The notes under the pieces were generated by a model. It had not been told where the DNA came from, searched no databases, and was given only the letters and a program-made list of their open reading frames with translations. From an uncultured bacterium (GTDB lineage Bacteria > Bacillota > Clostridia > Lachnospirales > Lachnospiraceae), in the NCBI GenBank assembly GCA_937893485.1, contig CALBJL010000049.1, positions 1-62,766 on the forward strand: a stretch of DNA of 62,766 bases, written 5' to 3'. The translations under genes and the position numbers were made by a program. Shown in pieces: positions 42,855 to 52,809 of the stretch (positions within the stretch are counted from its first letter, which is position 1; every line of letters starts with the position of its first letter).

Positions 42855-43919
42855 ATGGATCAGGTTCAGATCGGCAAGTTTATCAGTGAACTTCGCAAAG
42901 AAAAAGGATTGACGCAGGAACAATTAGGGGAACGGCTGGGTGTGACACAGAAAACGGTCTCGCGCTGGGAAAACGGAAGAAATATGCCCGACATCGCGAT
43001 GCTGCCGATGCTGTGTGAGGAGCTGGATATTAACATCGCAGAGCTTATGAACGGAACGCGCAGTCAGGAGGAACAGTTTACGAAAGCGGATGTGGCGCAG
43101 GCGTTTGAGATCTTTATTACTTTTTTGAAACAGGCAGATCGGGAGCTGCGCAGACGCTGGATCAAAACAGCGGTTGCTATTGCTGTGACCATCGCGTGTA
43201 TGGTCGGACTCTATCACTATGAATTCGACGTTTCGGTAGCTGCCACGGAGGATCTGGAGCAGGCGATCAACACATTTCATTTTCATGAGGAGATGTCGGT
43301 GGATGTGCTGGAGCGTGTGACGATCGGGCGGCATCTGTATGTGCTGTATTCACAGCTTGGCAGCTCCGGGGCGAGTGGGCTGGCGCATCTCGAACGCGGG
43401 ATTTTCGGAAAATACCGCATATTAAACACATGGGATACCAATGATCCGTTAGCCGGGGTAACGATAGTGACTGCGGGTGGGGATCAGGCATATTCCGTAG
43501 ACAGGTATGCCGTAAAGGGAAAAAGATATGCACTGCTCTATAGTGCGAATGAACTGCCGCAGGTGAGCCGTCTGGAGCTGTACGGAGGCGATGGTGAAAA
43601 TCGTCTGCAGACGGATTCCGTGGAGATGATGGATGAGACGTATTCCAAGTGCCTGTTTTCCTGTGAATATGATGGCAGACCACTTCTCAAGGTGATCGGG
43701 CTGGATGATACTACCGTGGTAGATGTTTTTGGAAGAAGCATCCGCTACTATGGCGGGGATGGGAACAGATATACAATCAGGCAATTAGCAGAGTCTTTTG
43801 ATGCATCCGACACGGGGAGCAGCAGCTCGACCGGTGTCGCGGAGAGAGGCATGATTTATGTGTTAGAGTTGATCGTTCTGGGGATCGGTGTGATTTTTAT
43901 CCGGTATTTTATGAAGTAG
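42855..43919 (+). CDS. XRE-family HTH membrane-anchored regulator
   Basis: LTQEQLGERLGVTQKTVSRWENG; two TMs flanking an extracellular domain. Confidence 0.8.
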   Translation: MDQVQIGKFISELRKEKGLTQEQLGERLGVTQKTVSRWENGRNMPDIAMLPMLCEELDINIAELMNGTRSQEEQFTKADVAQAFEIFITFLKQADRELRRRWIKTAVAIAVTIACMVGLYHYEFDVSVAATEDLEQAINTFHFHEEMSVDVLERVTIGRHLYVLYSQLGSSGASGLAHLERGIFGKYRILNTWDTNDPLAGVTIVTAGGDQAYSVDRYAVKGKRYALLYSANELPQVSRLELYGGDGENRLQTDSVEMMDETYSKCLFSCEYDGRPLLKVIGLDDTTVVDVFGRSIRYYGGDGNRYTIRQLAESFDASDTGSSSSTGVAERGMIYVLELIVLGIGVIFIRYFMK

Positions 43920-44022
43920 AATGGGAAATATACAAGCATATATAATGCATATATAATAAGGATAGAAAATAAAATGGGCGCGCGGAGCATGATGCTTCGT
44001 GCGCTCATTGGATCATTAAGTA

Positions 44023-44397
44023 TTATTTTCCTGTTGACACATTGCGTTTCATGGCTTCAAAGCTCTCCTGACTGATGACATGCTCAATCTTACATGCATC
44101 TTCGGCGGCAATGTCGGCGGGTACGCCGAGACTCTCCAGGAAAGCAGATAAAAATTCATGTCTTTCATAGATCATCTCTGCGATTCGTTTTCCTTCGTCC
44201 GTCAGGTAGATAAAGCCTGCATCCGTGACGGTGATGCGTCCCTTTTCACGCAGATTTTTCATAGCGATGCTGACGCTGGATTTTTTATAATTTAATTCAT
44301 TTGCAATATCAACGGAACGAACAACGGGAAGGCGCTTGCTCAGAAGCAAGATCGTTTCCAGATAATTCTCTGCCGACTCATTTACTACAAGACCCAT
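44023..44397 (-). CDS. DtxR/MntR family metal-dependent regulator
   Basis: ENYLETI, SVSIAMKNL, ERHE, EDACKIEH. Confidence 0.92.
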   Translation of the reverse strand: MGLVVNESAENYLETILLLSKRLPVVRSVDIANELNYKKSSVSIAMKNLREKGRITVTDAGFIYLTDEGKRIAEMIYERHEFLSAFLESLGVPADIAAEDACKIEHVISQESFEAMKRNVSTGK

Positions 44398-44502
44398 GGA
44401 TCAATCCTCCTATTTAACCTAATAACTGCAATCATTATAGCATAATATAGACAAAAAAACAAATAAGGAACGGCTAAATTTCGTTTGATTTATCGATAAA
44501 AA

Positions 44503-44535
44503 GTTATTGACATCTAACAAAAAACAGCATATACT
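44503..44535 (+). promoter_or_regulatory. feo promoter with overlapping putative repressor box
   Basis: TTGACA-N17-TATACT; GTTAT-N6-CTAAC over the -35. Confidence 0.7.
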
Positions 44536-44604
44536 AACGGCAGAAAACAAGTTTTGTGTTCTTTTTATAGATAAAAGATAAACTACAAAACAGAAAGGAG
44601 ATCT

Positions 44605-44817
44605 ATGATGCCCCTGACAATGGCGAAAAAAGGCGAAGAAAACACCATCAAACATGTTGGTGGAAAAGAGGAAACCAGAAAATTTCTTGAGAAACTTGGT
44701 TTTGTGGTTGGCAGTGTGGTGACCGTTGTGTCTGATGTTGGCGGTAATGTGATCGTAAATATAAAGGACTCACGCGTCGCGCTCGGCAAAGATATGGCGA
44801 ATAAGATCTTAGTCTAA
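44605..44817 (+). CDS. feoA: FeoA family protein
   Basis: LEKLGFVVG, SRVAL..MANKI. Confidence 0.9.
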   Translation: MMPLTMAKKGEENTIKHVGGKEETRKFLEKLGFVVGSVVTVVSDVGGNVIVNIKDSRVALGKDMANKILV

Positions 44818-44829
44818 GAGGAGGATTGT

Positions 44830-45051
44830 ATGAGTACGTTAAAAGATGCAAAAGTCGGCGCTCACGTAACCGTTACCAAGCTGAACGGCGAGGGAGCAGT
44901 CAAGAGAAGAATCATGGATATGGGTATTACCAAGGGCGTGGATGTATATGTCCGCAAGGTAGCACCGCTGGGCGACCCGATTGAGGTTACCGTCAGAGGT
45001 TATGAGCTCTCACTTCGTAAGGCAGATGCTGAGATGATTGAAGTGCAGTAG
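44830..45051 (+). CDS. feoA: FeoA family protein
   Basis: RRIMDMG, APLGDP, GYELSLR. Confidence 0.95.
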   Translation: MSTLKDAKVGAHVTVTKLNGEGAVKRRIMDMGITKGVDVYVRKVAPLGDPIEVTVRGYELSLRKADAEMIEVQ

Positions 45052-45071
45052 CGCATATTTTTTTGATCGCA

Positions 45072-45089
45072 CGTTAGTTTGTGCTAACG
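45072..45089. promoter_or_regulatory. Palindromic operator CGTTAG-N6-CTAACG
   Basis: Perfect dyad between feoA and feoB; matches the box at the feo promoter. Confidence 0.6.
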
Positions 45090-45156
45090 GAAGATAGCTG
45101 CAAGCAATAAAAGTTACATAACAAATTACTATTATTATTATAGAAAGGACACGATT

Positions 45157-47316
45157 ATGGCAGTAAAAATTGCACTTGCCGGAAACCCTAACTGCGGCAA
45201 GACTACATTATTTAATGCGCTGACCGGATCAAACCAGTTCGTAGGAAACTGGCCGGGCGTAACTGTTGAGAAAAAGGAAGGAAAGCTGAAAGGTCACAAG
45301 GATGTTGTGATCATGGACCTTCCGGGAATCTACTCCCTGTCTCCGTACACACTGGAGGAGGTTGTAGCAAGAAATTATCTGATTACCGAGCGCCCTGACG
45401 CGATCTTAAATATCGTAGACGGGACAAACCTGGAGCGTAACCTGTACCTGACCACTCAGCTGTTAGAGCTGGGTATCCCGACTGTTATCGCAGTCAACAT
45501 GTCAGACTTAGTCGCCAAGAGCGGAAACAAGATCCATCTTGAGGAGCTGTCAAAGCAGCTGGGCTGCGAGGTTGTAGAGATTTCTGCATTAAAGGGAACC
45601 GGTGTAAAGAAGGCGGCAGAGAAGGTGGTTGCACAGGCTACTTCAAAGGCGGCAGCACCCGCACCTATTACATATGGCGCAGAGCTTGAGGATGCAATCA
45701 ACTCAGTTGTAGCTAAGATCAGCGGAGTACCCGAGGAGGAGAAGCGTTTCTTTGCAATCAAGTTATTAGAGAGCGATGAGAAGATCTCAGCAAATCTGGC
45801 AAGCGTGCCGGATGTATCCGCTGAGATCGCAAAATTAGAGAAGGCTATGGATGATGATGCAGAGAGTATCGTCACCAACGAGCGTTATCAGTACATTTCA
45901 TCAATCATTGGGAAGTGCATGACTAAGGCAAGCAGCAAAGAGAAACTGACGATCTCAGATAAGATCGACCGCGTTGTGACAAATCGTATTTTAGCGCTCC
46001 CGATATTCGCGCTGGTTATGTTTGTTGTTTACTATGTATCAGTTACAACCGTAGGAGCATTCGTTACTGATTGGACAAATGATGTATTATTCGGCGAGAT
46101 CATTCCTCCTGCAATTGAGGCAGGTCTGAATGCTATCGGATGTGCAGACTGGCTGCAGGGACTGATCCTTGACGGTATCGTAGCCGGTGTCGGAGCCGTA
46201 CTCGGATTCGTACCGCAGATGCTCGTACTCTTCCTGTTCCTCGCATTCTTAGAGGGATGTGGATATATGGCACGTATCGCGTTCATCATGGATCGTATTT
46301 TCCGTAAATTTGGTTTATCAGGAAAGTCCTTTATCCCGATGCTGATCGCTTCCGGATGTGGAGTCCCCGGTGTCATGGCTTCCAGAACAATTGAGAATGA
46401 CCGTGACCGTAAGATGACAATTATGACAACAACCTTTATCCCTTGTGGAGCAAAGCTGCCGATCATCGCCATGATCGCAGGTGCGTTCTTTAATAATTCC
46501 GGATGGGTAGCATGGAGTGCATGGTTGATCGGTATTGTAGCCATCGTATGCTCAGGTATCATCTTAAAGAAAACAAAACTGTTCGCAGGCGAGCCGGCTC
46601 CGTTCGTTATGGAGCTGCCTGCTTACCACTGGCCGACCGTAGGAAACGTTCTTCGTTCTATGTGGGAGCGCGGATGGTCATTCATCAAGAAGGCTGGTAC
46701 AATCATTCTGTTATCAACGATCGTTCTGTGGTTCTTAATGAGCTTCGGATGGGTAGACGGTAGCTTCACAATGCTTGAGGCTGAGCAGTTAAACGATAGT
46801 ATCCTTGCAAAGATCGGTAGCGCAATCGGCTGGATCTTCGCACCGCTTGGCTGGACACAGGCAGGCGAGGGCTGGAAGATGGCAGTTGCAGCCGTTACAG
46901 GTCTGATCGCAAAGGAGAACGTCGTAGCTACATTCGGTATGCTGTACGGATTTGCAGAGGTTGCAGAGGATGGATCTGAGATCTGGGGTAATCTGGCACA
47001 GGCAATGACTCCGATTGCAGCATTTGGATTCATGGTATTCAACCTGTTGTGTGCTCCCTGCTTCGCAGCAATGGGTGCGATCAAGCGTGAGATGAACAAC
47101 ACCAAGTGGTTCTGGATCGCAATCGGATATCAATGTATCTTAGCTTATATCGTAGCAATGTGTATCTATCAGATCGGAACTGTATTTACAACAGGTGCAT
47201 TCGGCATCGGAACGGTCGTAGCGATCGTATTTGTGATCGGATTCTTATATTTGTTGTTCCGTCCCGCTCCGAAGGAGACTGAGCATAAGGTCAGCGCATT
47301 TGCAAAGGCAAACTAA
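45157..47316 (+). CDS. feoB: Ferrous iron transporter FeoB
   Basis: GNPNCGKT, NWPGVTVE, DLPG, gate and MELP motifs. Confidence 0.97.
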   Translation: MAVKIALAGNPNCGKTTLFNALTGSNQFVGNWPGVTVEKKEGKLKGHKDVVIMDLPGIYSLSPYTLEEVVARNYLITERPDAILNIVDGTNLERNLYLTTQLLELGIPTVIAVNMSDLVAKSGNKIHLEELSKQLGCEVVEISALKGTGVKKAAEKVVAQATSKAAAPAPITYGAELEDAINSVVAKISGVPEEEKRFFAIKLLESDEKISANLASVPDVSAEIAKLEKAMDDDAESIVTNERYQYISSIIGKCMTKASSKEKLTISDKIDRVVTNRILALPIFALVMFVVYYVSVTTVGAFVTDWTNDVLFGEIIPPAIEAGLNAIGCADWLQGLILDGIVAGVGAVLGFVPQMLVLFLFLAFLEGCGYMARIAFIMDRIFRKFGLSGKSFIPMLIASGCGVPGVMASRTIENDRDRKMTIMTTTFIPCGAKLPIIAMIAGAFFNNSGWVAWSAWLIGIVAIVCSGIILKKTKLFAGEPAPFVMELPAYHWPTVGNVLRSMWERGWSFIKKAGTIILLSTIVLWFLMSFGWVDGSFTMLEAEQLNDSILAKIGSAIGWIFAPLGWTQAGEGWKMAVAAVTGLIAKENVVATFGMLYGFAEVAEDGSEIWGNLAQAMTPIAAFGFMVFNLLCAPCFAAMGAIKREMNNTKWFWIAIGYQCILAYIVAMCIYQIGTVFTTGAFGIGTVVAIVFVIGFLYLLFRPAPKETEHKVSAFAKAN

Positions 47317-47408
47317 TCAGTAAATCATAGAACTGTCCAGAGTCAGAGCAATATGGCGAACGATCTCTGGGCAGTTTTTGAAATTATAGTTAAAGGAGGG
47401 TATATACA

Positions 47409-47540
47409 ATGGGAACAGTAATTGTATTAGTAGTGCTGGGCGCAGTCGTAGCCCTCATTATCCGCAGTATTGTAAAGGACAAAAAAAGTGGCAAATCATC
47501 GTGCGGTGGTGATTGCAGCAAATGTAAGGGCTGTCATTGA
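47409..47540 (+). CDS. FeoB-associated Cys-rich membrane peptide (43 aa; absent from the ORF track)
   Basis: AAGGAGG RBS; MGTVIVLVVLGAVVALIIRSIVKDKKSGKSSCGGDCSKCKGCH. Confidence 0.9.
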   Translation: MGTVIVLVVLGAVVALIIRSIVKDKKSGKSSCGGDCSKCKGCH

Positions 47541-47633
47541 GTATCGTACATTTGCAGGAAAATCATCGGTATAGACACGAAAACTTAATATTCTTCGGTA
47601 TTTGCGCAGACATCTTTACGGTTGCGTGAAAGG

Positions 47634-47695
47634 TGTTATAATGAGTATCGAACAGGGACAATGGCGTACTGGGTCGTACGTCGTTGTCCTTTTTT
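47634..47695 (+). promoter_or_regulatory. gabT promoter plus leader terminator (attenuator)
   Basis: TGnTATAAT, then a 14-bp stem GGACAATGGCGTAC/GTACGTCGTTGTCC and T6 before the RBS. Confidence 0.7.
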
Positions 47696-47736
47696 ACGTT
47701 ATAAAAACAGATCTATACCTAAAGGAGGAGAACATC

Positions 47737-49098
47737 ATGTTAAGAACTGACTTACCCAAAATCATTACAGAAACTTTACCAGGACCGAAAGCGAAAGCAC
47801 TTATTGACCGCAGAAAGGCTGCGACACCGACCGCGATCGGCTGCGTTTATCCCGTAGCAATCGCACGCGGCGAGGGCGCAATGATCGAGGATGTGGATGG
47901 AAATAAATTTTTGGACTGGATCGGCGGAGTCGGCGTGCTGAATATCGGTTATTCTCAGCCGGAGGTCGTAGAGGCAGTCAAAGAACAGGCAGATAAATAT
48001 TTTCACGGCATGTTTAATATCGTGACACATGAGGGTTATGTCGCTCTGGCGGAGAAGCTGTCGCAGATCGCTCCGGTGAAAGGCGATAAGAAAAAGGCAT
48101 TTTTTGCGAACAGCGGTGCAGAGGCGGATGAGAATGCAGTAAAAGTAGCAAAAGCATTTACCAAGCGCAATCATATTATTGTATTTTCCGGCGCATTCCA
48201 CGGACGAACCCTGCTCACAATGTCCATGACATCGAAGAAAGCATATGCCATCGGCATGGGACCGTTCCCCGATGGTGTATACCGTGCGCAGTTCCCGTAT
48301 TATTACCGCAATCCCGAAGGAATGCCGCAGGAAAAGGCGTGTGACTACTATCTGTCATCCATTCAGGCAGTGTTTGAGCAGTGTGCACCGGCAGATACGA
48401 TCGCAGCGATCGTCGTAGAGCCGCTGCAGGGCGAGGGTGGATTTATTCCGGCACCGATTGAGTGGGTGAAGGCAGTCCGTAAAATCTGCGATGACAACGG
48501 CATTCTGCTGGTCGCGGATGAGGTACAGAGCGGATTCTGCCGTACCGGACGTATGTTTGCAACTGATTACTGGAAAGAAGCCGGTGTGCAGCCGGATATT
48601 ATAGCAACCGCAAAGTCGATTGCAGCCGGTGTTCCGCTGTCAGCGATTATTGCCAGAGAGGAGATCATGGAGGCGCCTGCAAAGGGAACGATTGGAGGTA
48701 CATTCTGCGGTAATGCACTCGCATGTGCAGCAGCATTAAAGACGATCGAGATCATGGAGCGCGACCATCTGGCTGACCGTTCACTGGAAATCGGTAAAAA
48801 AGTCACCGACCGCTATCATGAGTGGCAGAAGAAATACCGTTGTATCGGCGATGTCCGTGGTCTGGGCGGAATGATCGGACTGGAGCTTGTCAAGGATCAG
48901 GAGGGCAAGGAGCCGGATGCACCGCTGACAGCAGCGCTCATACAGGAATGTGCGAAAAACGGTCTGTTAGTCGAGAATGCAGGTACTTACGGCAATGTCG
49001 TCCGTTTCCTCGGACCGCTTGTGATGACGGATGAGCAGTTGGAAGCCGGTTTAGAGATCATGGAAAAAGCACTTGTAAAGTGCATGGAAGAGGAGTAA
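47737..49098 (+). CDS. gabT: 4-aminobutyrate aminotransferase (class III PLP)
   Basis: DVDGN..LD..GG, NSGAEA.ENAVK, FHGRT, EPLQGEGG, DEVQSGF.RTG, AKS. Confidence 0.85.
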   Translation: MLRTDLPKIITETLPGPKAKALIDRRKAATPTAIGCVYPVAIARGEGAMIEDVDGNKFLDWIGGVGVLNIGYSQPEVVEAVKEQADKYFHGMFNIVTHEGYVALAEKLSQIAPVKGDKKKAFFANSGAEADENAVKVAKAFTKRNHIIVFSGAFHGRTLLTMSMTSKKAYAIGMGPFPDGVYRAQFPYYYRNPEGMPQEKACDYYLSSIQAVFEQCAPADTIAAIVVEPLQGEGGFIPAPIEWVKAVRKICDDNGILLVADEVQSGFCRTGRMFATDYWKEAGVQPDIIATAKSIAAGVPLSAIIAREEIMEAPAKGTIGGTFCGNALACAAALKTIEIMERDHLADRSLEIGKKVTDRYHEWQKKYRCIGDVRGLGGMIGLELVKDQEGKEPDAPLTAALIQECAKNGLLVENAGTYGNVVRFLGPLVMTDEQLEAGLEIMEKALVKCMEEE

Positions 49099-49102
49099 AA
49101 AC

Positions 49103-50227
49103 ATGCAGCAGTTAATGATAAAACCAACGATACATAAGTTTGACACCGCAAAGGAGTTCGCAGAGGGCTTTTCTCTCGGAAAAGGAGATTTACTATTTAC
49201 AAACCGACATGTGTACGAGAAGTATTTTGCGTCGCTGGATCTGGGATGTCAGGTGATCTATCGGGAAACATTTGGATCTGGAGAGCCTACAGACGAAATG
49301 GCAGAGGCGATTTATAAGGCTATTTATACGAATGGGCAGACTGCTCCAAAACGCATCATAGCGATCGGAGGAGGCTCTATTCTCGACTTGGCGAAGCTGT
49401 ATGCGCTCAAACAGACATCACCGATTCTTGATCTGTATGACGGAAAAATTCCGGTGGAAAAGGATAAGAAGCTGATTCTTGTTCCGACGACCTGTGGAAC
49501 AGGTTCGGAAGTGACAAATATCTCTATTCTCGCGTTAAAAAGCAGAGGGACGAAAAAGGGGTTGGCACATGAGGCATTGTATGCGGATCAGGCAGTATTG
49601 ATCCCTCAGCTGCTAGAGGATCTGCCGGATTATGTGTTTGCGACCAGTTCGATTGATGCATTGATCCATGCGATTGAATCGACGCTCTCACCGAAGGGTA
49701 ATACATATACGAGGATGTTCGGATACCGTGCGATCGAAATGATCCTGAACGGCTACAAGGTGATCCGCGATCAGGGTATGGAGGCGAGAAAGCCGTTGCT
49801 TAACGATTTTATGCTGGCATCCAACTATGCCGGAATCGCATTCGGCAATGCGGGCTGTGCAGCAGTACACGCACTCAGCTATCCGCTCGGTGCGACGTAT
49901 CATGTGGCACACGGTGAATCAAATTATGCGATGTTTACCGGAGTCATGAAAAACTATATGGAGCTGAAAACAGACGGAGAGATCGCGGTGTTGAACCGTT
50001 TTCTGGCGGATATTCTCGAATGTCCGGTGAGATATGTCTATGAGGAGCTCGAAAAGCTGCTCAATGTGCTTATTCCGAAAAAAGCGCTGCATGAGTATGG
50101 TGTCACAGAGGCACAGCTGGATGAGTTTGCCGATTCCGTAATGGAAAATCAGGGCAGACTGATGGCGAACAATTTTGTGCCGTTAGACAGGGAGCGTGTG
50201 TATAAGATCTACCGTGAATTGTGGTAG
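49103..50227 (+). CDS. 4-hydroxybutyrate dehydrogenase (iron-containing ADH)
   Basis: N-terminus resembles clostridial 4HbD (KFDTA.EF, GEP.DEM), GGGS, PTTCGTGSEVT, HALSY..HG. Confidence 0.8.
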   Translation: MQQLMIKPTIHKFDTAKEFAEGFSLGKGDLLFTNRHVYEKYFASLDLGCQVIYRETFGSGEPTDEMAEAIYKAIYTNGQTAPKRIIAIGGGSILDLAKLYALKQTSPILDLYDGKIPVEKDKKLILVPTTCGTGSEVTNISILALKSRGTKKGLAHEALYADQAVLIPQLLEDLPDYVFATSSIDALIHAIESTLSPKGNTYTRMFGYRAIEMILNGYKVIRDQGMEARKPLLNDFMLASNYAGIAFGNAGCAAVHALSYPLGATYHVAHGESNYAMFTGVMKNYMELKTDGEIAVLNRFLADILECPVRYVYEELEKLLNVLIPKKALHEYGVTEAQLDEFADSVMENQGRLMANNFVPLDRERVYKIYRELW

Positions 50228-50266
50228 ACCGTTGCGGATGGATGATCCGGCGGTTGTGATTGACAG

Positions 50267-51019
50267 TTACAGCCGCAGGATCTCCCATTTGGAGGCAACG
50301 CCCAGCTTCCGGAACAGATTTTGAAGATGTTTTTGCAGAGTATTATCGCGGATGCCGAGTGCGTCCGCGATTTCTGTATTCGATTCAAAACGGTACAGAT
50401 GGGCGAGCAGCTCTGTCTCGCGTGCAGTCAGGCCGTATTCCTTCTGCATGGCGGTCAGACGCTGTGTATTGGCCATCGGAGCGGCAGAAACAGGTGTCAG
50501 AATCCGGTGCATGACGGCGTTCAGATGGACACCGAGCGCACGCATATAAAACATGTCATCCGTGGCGAAGGAGCCGTCCGCGCGCGTGCGGTAGAGCGTG
50601 AGCAGACCGAGCAGATGACCTTCATATACGATCGTAAACTGCATGTCGTCGTACACATCATATTTGTGGTAGCAGTTGACATACAGCGGGGAATTCAGGC
50701 GCGTTGCGTCGGCTAAGATCGCACTGGAGCGCATGAGCTGGGATTCCTTGGCATAGAGATTCCACAGCGTGTAGTCGGATTCCGGATCGTTGGCGATGTA
50801 GTTCTGCTCTGCCTCCGTAAAATAGTCGGGATAGCAGATCGGATTGCACAGCGTCACATCATCCGGATCGCGGTTCGCTTTCAGCAGAATGCTCGCGTAG
50901 CTGAACGGAATGATGATCTTCAGGCGTTGGAAAAAATTATGTTTAATATCTTCGAGGGAATGCCAGTTGTACATCTCGTAGATCAGGTCATTGATGACTA
51001 AAAAGTGGTTTTTTTCCAT
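50267..51019 (-). CDS. LuxR-type HTH regulator with N-terminal sensor domain
   Basis: C-terminal LTARETELL...IADALGI..NTLQKHLQNLFRKLGV. Confidence 0.88.
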   Translation of the reverse strand: MEKNHFLVINDLIYEMYNWHSLEDIKHNFFQRLKIIIPFSYASILLKANRDPDDVTLCNPICYPDYFTEAEQNYIANDPESDYTLWNLYAKESQLMRSSAILADATRLNSPLYVNCYHKYDVYDDMQFTIVYEGHLLGLLTLYRTRADGSFATDDMFYMRALGVHLNAVMHRILTPVSAAPMANTQRLTAMQKEYGLTARETELLAHLYRFESNTEIADALGIRDNTLQKHLQNLFRKLGVASKWEILRL

Positions 51020-51146
51020 AAAAGAACTCCTCCTTTGTGTATACATCGCGACACAGATGTGTTTGATACTGTTATGATAACGCAGAAACTACTTAAAAAC
51101 AAGTAGACATAACGGAAAATAATTAGAAATTAAGTAAAATTAGGAA

Positions 51147-51241
51147 TGGAAAATACATACAGCGGATGCTATACTAATCTCAGCTCAAGGGAGCGGATAC
51201 AAAGACGTATCTGAAACAGATAGTTTCAGGTGCGTTTTTTT
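51147..51241 (+). promoter_or_regulatory. patA operon promoter with dual-hexaloop ANTAR-like attenuator
   Basis: TGGAAA-N17-TATACT (extended TG); GCT[CAAGGG]AGC, GATAC[AAAGAC]GTATC, overlapping 13-bp terminator plus T7. Confidence 0.75.
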
Positions 51242-51350
51242 GTTATCAGAATCACCTGCATTCACACAGAGGCCTGGTGCGGAGCCGGTGAGGCAAACAA
51301 AACTGTTCAAGGGATTAGATAAAAACAAAGGAAAGGATAAGGTGGACATT

Positions 51351-52721
51351 ATGGCAGATAAACAGCAGGTAATTAAGGATTTAGATAAAGTAATCGGTTT
51401 GATTGAGCGTGATACCAAGGATATCACACCGGAAGAGAAAAAAGAGATGGTAGCGGATACGCTGAATTATTTCGATAATTATGTCAGCCCCGGCTGGTTA
51501 AAGTATCGTAAGTCTGTATCTTCTGATTCTGAAAACGGAGCAGTGTTGGAGTGGTACGATGAGGGTGCTTACTGCTGCGGATTAAATGATGAGAAATTTA
51601 TTGACTGTCTGGGTGGCTTTGGTATTTTCACCTGTGGACACAGAAATAAAGAGATTCTGGATGTCGTAAAGGCACAGCTGAATCATCAGGCATTACATTC
51701 ACAGGAGCTGCTTGATCCGCTGCGTGGCTATCTGGCAAAGGCAGTTGCAGACATCACACCGGGTGATTTACAGCAGTGCTTCTTCACAAACGGCGGTGCA
51801 GAGGCAGTCGAGATGGCATTGAAGTTAGCGCGTATCGCAACAGGCGGACGCTGGTATATATCTACTGTCGGAGCCTTCCACGGAAAGTCAATGGGTGCGA
51901 TTTCCATGGGTGGTAAAGGAACATACCGTGTGCCTTACACACCGATGGTACAGCAGGTACAGCACGTAGAGTACGGCAATGCGGATGATGTGAGAAAAGC
52001 GATTAAAAACTTACAGGCAGTCGGCGAAAAGGTCGCTGCCGTGATCTTAGAGCCGATTCAGGGCGAGGCAGGCGTTATCATTCCTCCGAAGGGTTATCTG
52101 GCAGAGGTTCGTGAGATTTGTGATGAGACCGGTGTCGCATTGATCTTTGATGAGATCCAGACCGGTATGGGTCGTACCGGTACGATGTGGCGCTGCGAGG
52201 CAGAGGGCGTCGTTCCCGATATCATGACATTCGGTAAGGCATTTGGTGGTGGTATCCTCCCGATCACCGGTATCATCTGCAGACCGAAGATGTGGACACA
52301 GGATCTGATCGACAACCCGTGGCTGCTCGGATCTCCGACCTTCGGCGGCAATCCGCTCTGTTGTGCAGCAGCGATCGCAACGATCAGGTATATGCTGGAG
52401 AATGATATCCCCGGTGTCTGCGCAAAGAAGGGTGAGGTATTGAAGGCAGGTCTGCAGTCTATGGCTGACAAGTATCCGGAGATTATTCAGGAGGTTCGCG
52501 GAACCGGTCTGATGCTGGCAGTAGAGTTCCGCTCCTGCGAGCTGGGTTATGAGACTTCCAAGGGTCTGTTTGCAAGAAAAGTCATGACCGCCGGTACACT
52601 GGTTAATGCAAAGACGATCCGCTTCGAGCCGACCGCAGTCATTTCCGATCAGGATATCAGAGATGTCATCAGCCGTATGGATGAGGCACTGGCAGATACG
52701 AAAAAGACATATAATTTATAA
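51351..52721 (+). CDS. patA: Putrescine aminotransferase
   Basis: YRKSV, FIDCLGGFGIF, LHSQELLDPLR, TPGDL, TFGGNPL.C, AGTLVNAKTIR, all characteristic of PatA/YgjG. Confidence 0.9.
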   Translation: MADKQQVIKDLDKVIGLIERDTKDITPEEKKEMVADTLNYFDNYVSPGWLKYRKSVSSDSENGAVLEWYDEGAYCCGLNDEKFIDCLGGFGIFTCGHRNKEILDVVKAQLNHQALHSQELLDPLRGYLAKAVADITPGDLQQCFFTNGGAEAVEMALKLARIATGGRWYISTVGAFHGKSMGAISMGGKGTYRVPYTPMVQQVQHVEYGNADDVRKAIKNLQAVGEKVAAVILEPIQGEAGVIIPPKGYLAEVREICDETGVALIFDEIQTGMGRTGTMWRCEAEGVVPDIMTFGKAFGGGILPITGIICRPKMWTQDLIDNPWLLGSPTFGGNPLCCAAAIATIRYMLENDIPGVCAKKGEVLKAGLQSMADKYPEIIQEVRGTGLMLAVEFRSCELGYETSKGLFARKVMTAGTLVNAKTIRFEPTAVISDQDIRDVISRMDEALADTKKTYNL

Positions 52722-52809
52722 AAAACAGTAATGCAAAGGGGCATATTTCCGAACTGGGAATATACCCCTTTAATCCATAGGAAATATTCAAAAAATGGAG
52801 GATTAGCAT

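Noticed and set aside
47602..47736. Upstream in-frame extensions of gabT (likewise patA 51240, fba 25675, ftsH 15132)
   Set aside because: They run through promoter/terminator sequence; the downstream ATGs mostly have clear RBSs and match family N-termini
51100..51147. AATTAG(A/G)AAT direct repeat as the LuxR operator
   Set aside because: Short, in an AT-rich tract, and no clear counterpart upstream of gabT; too weak to call
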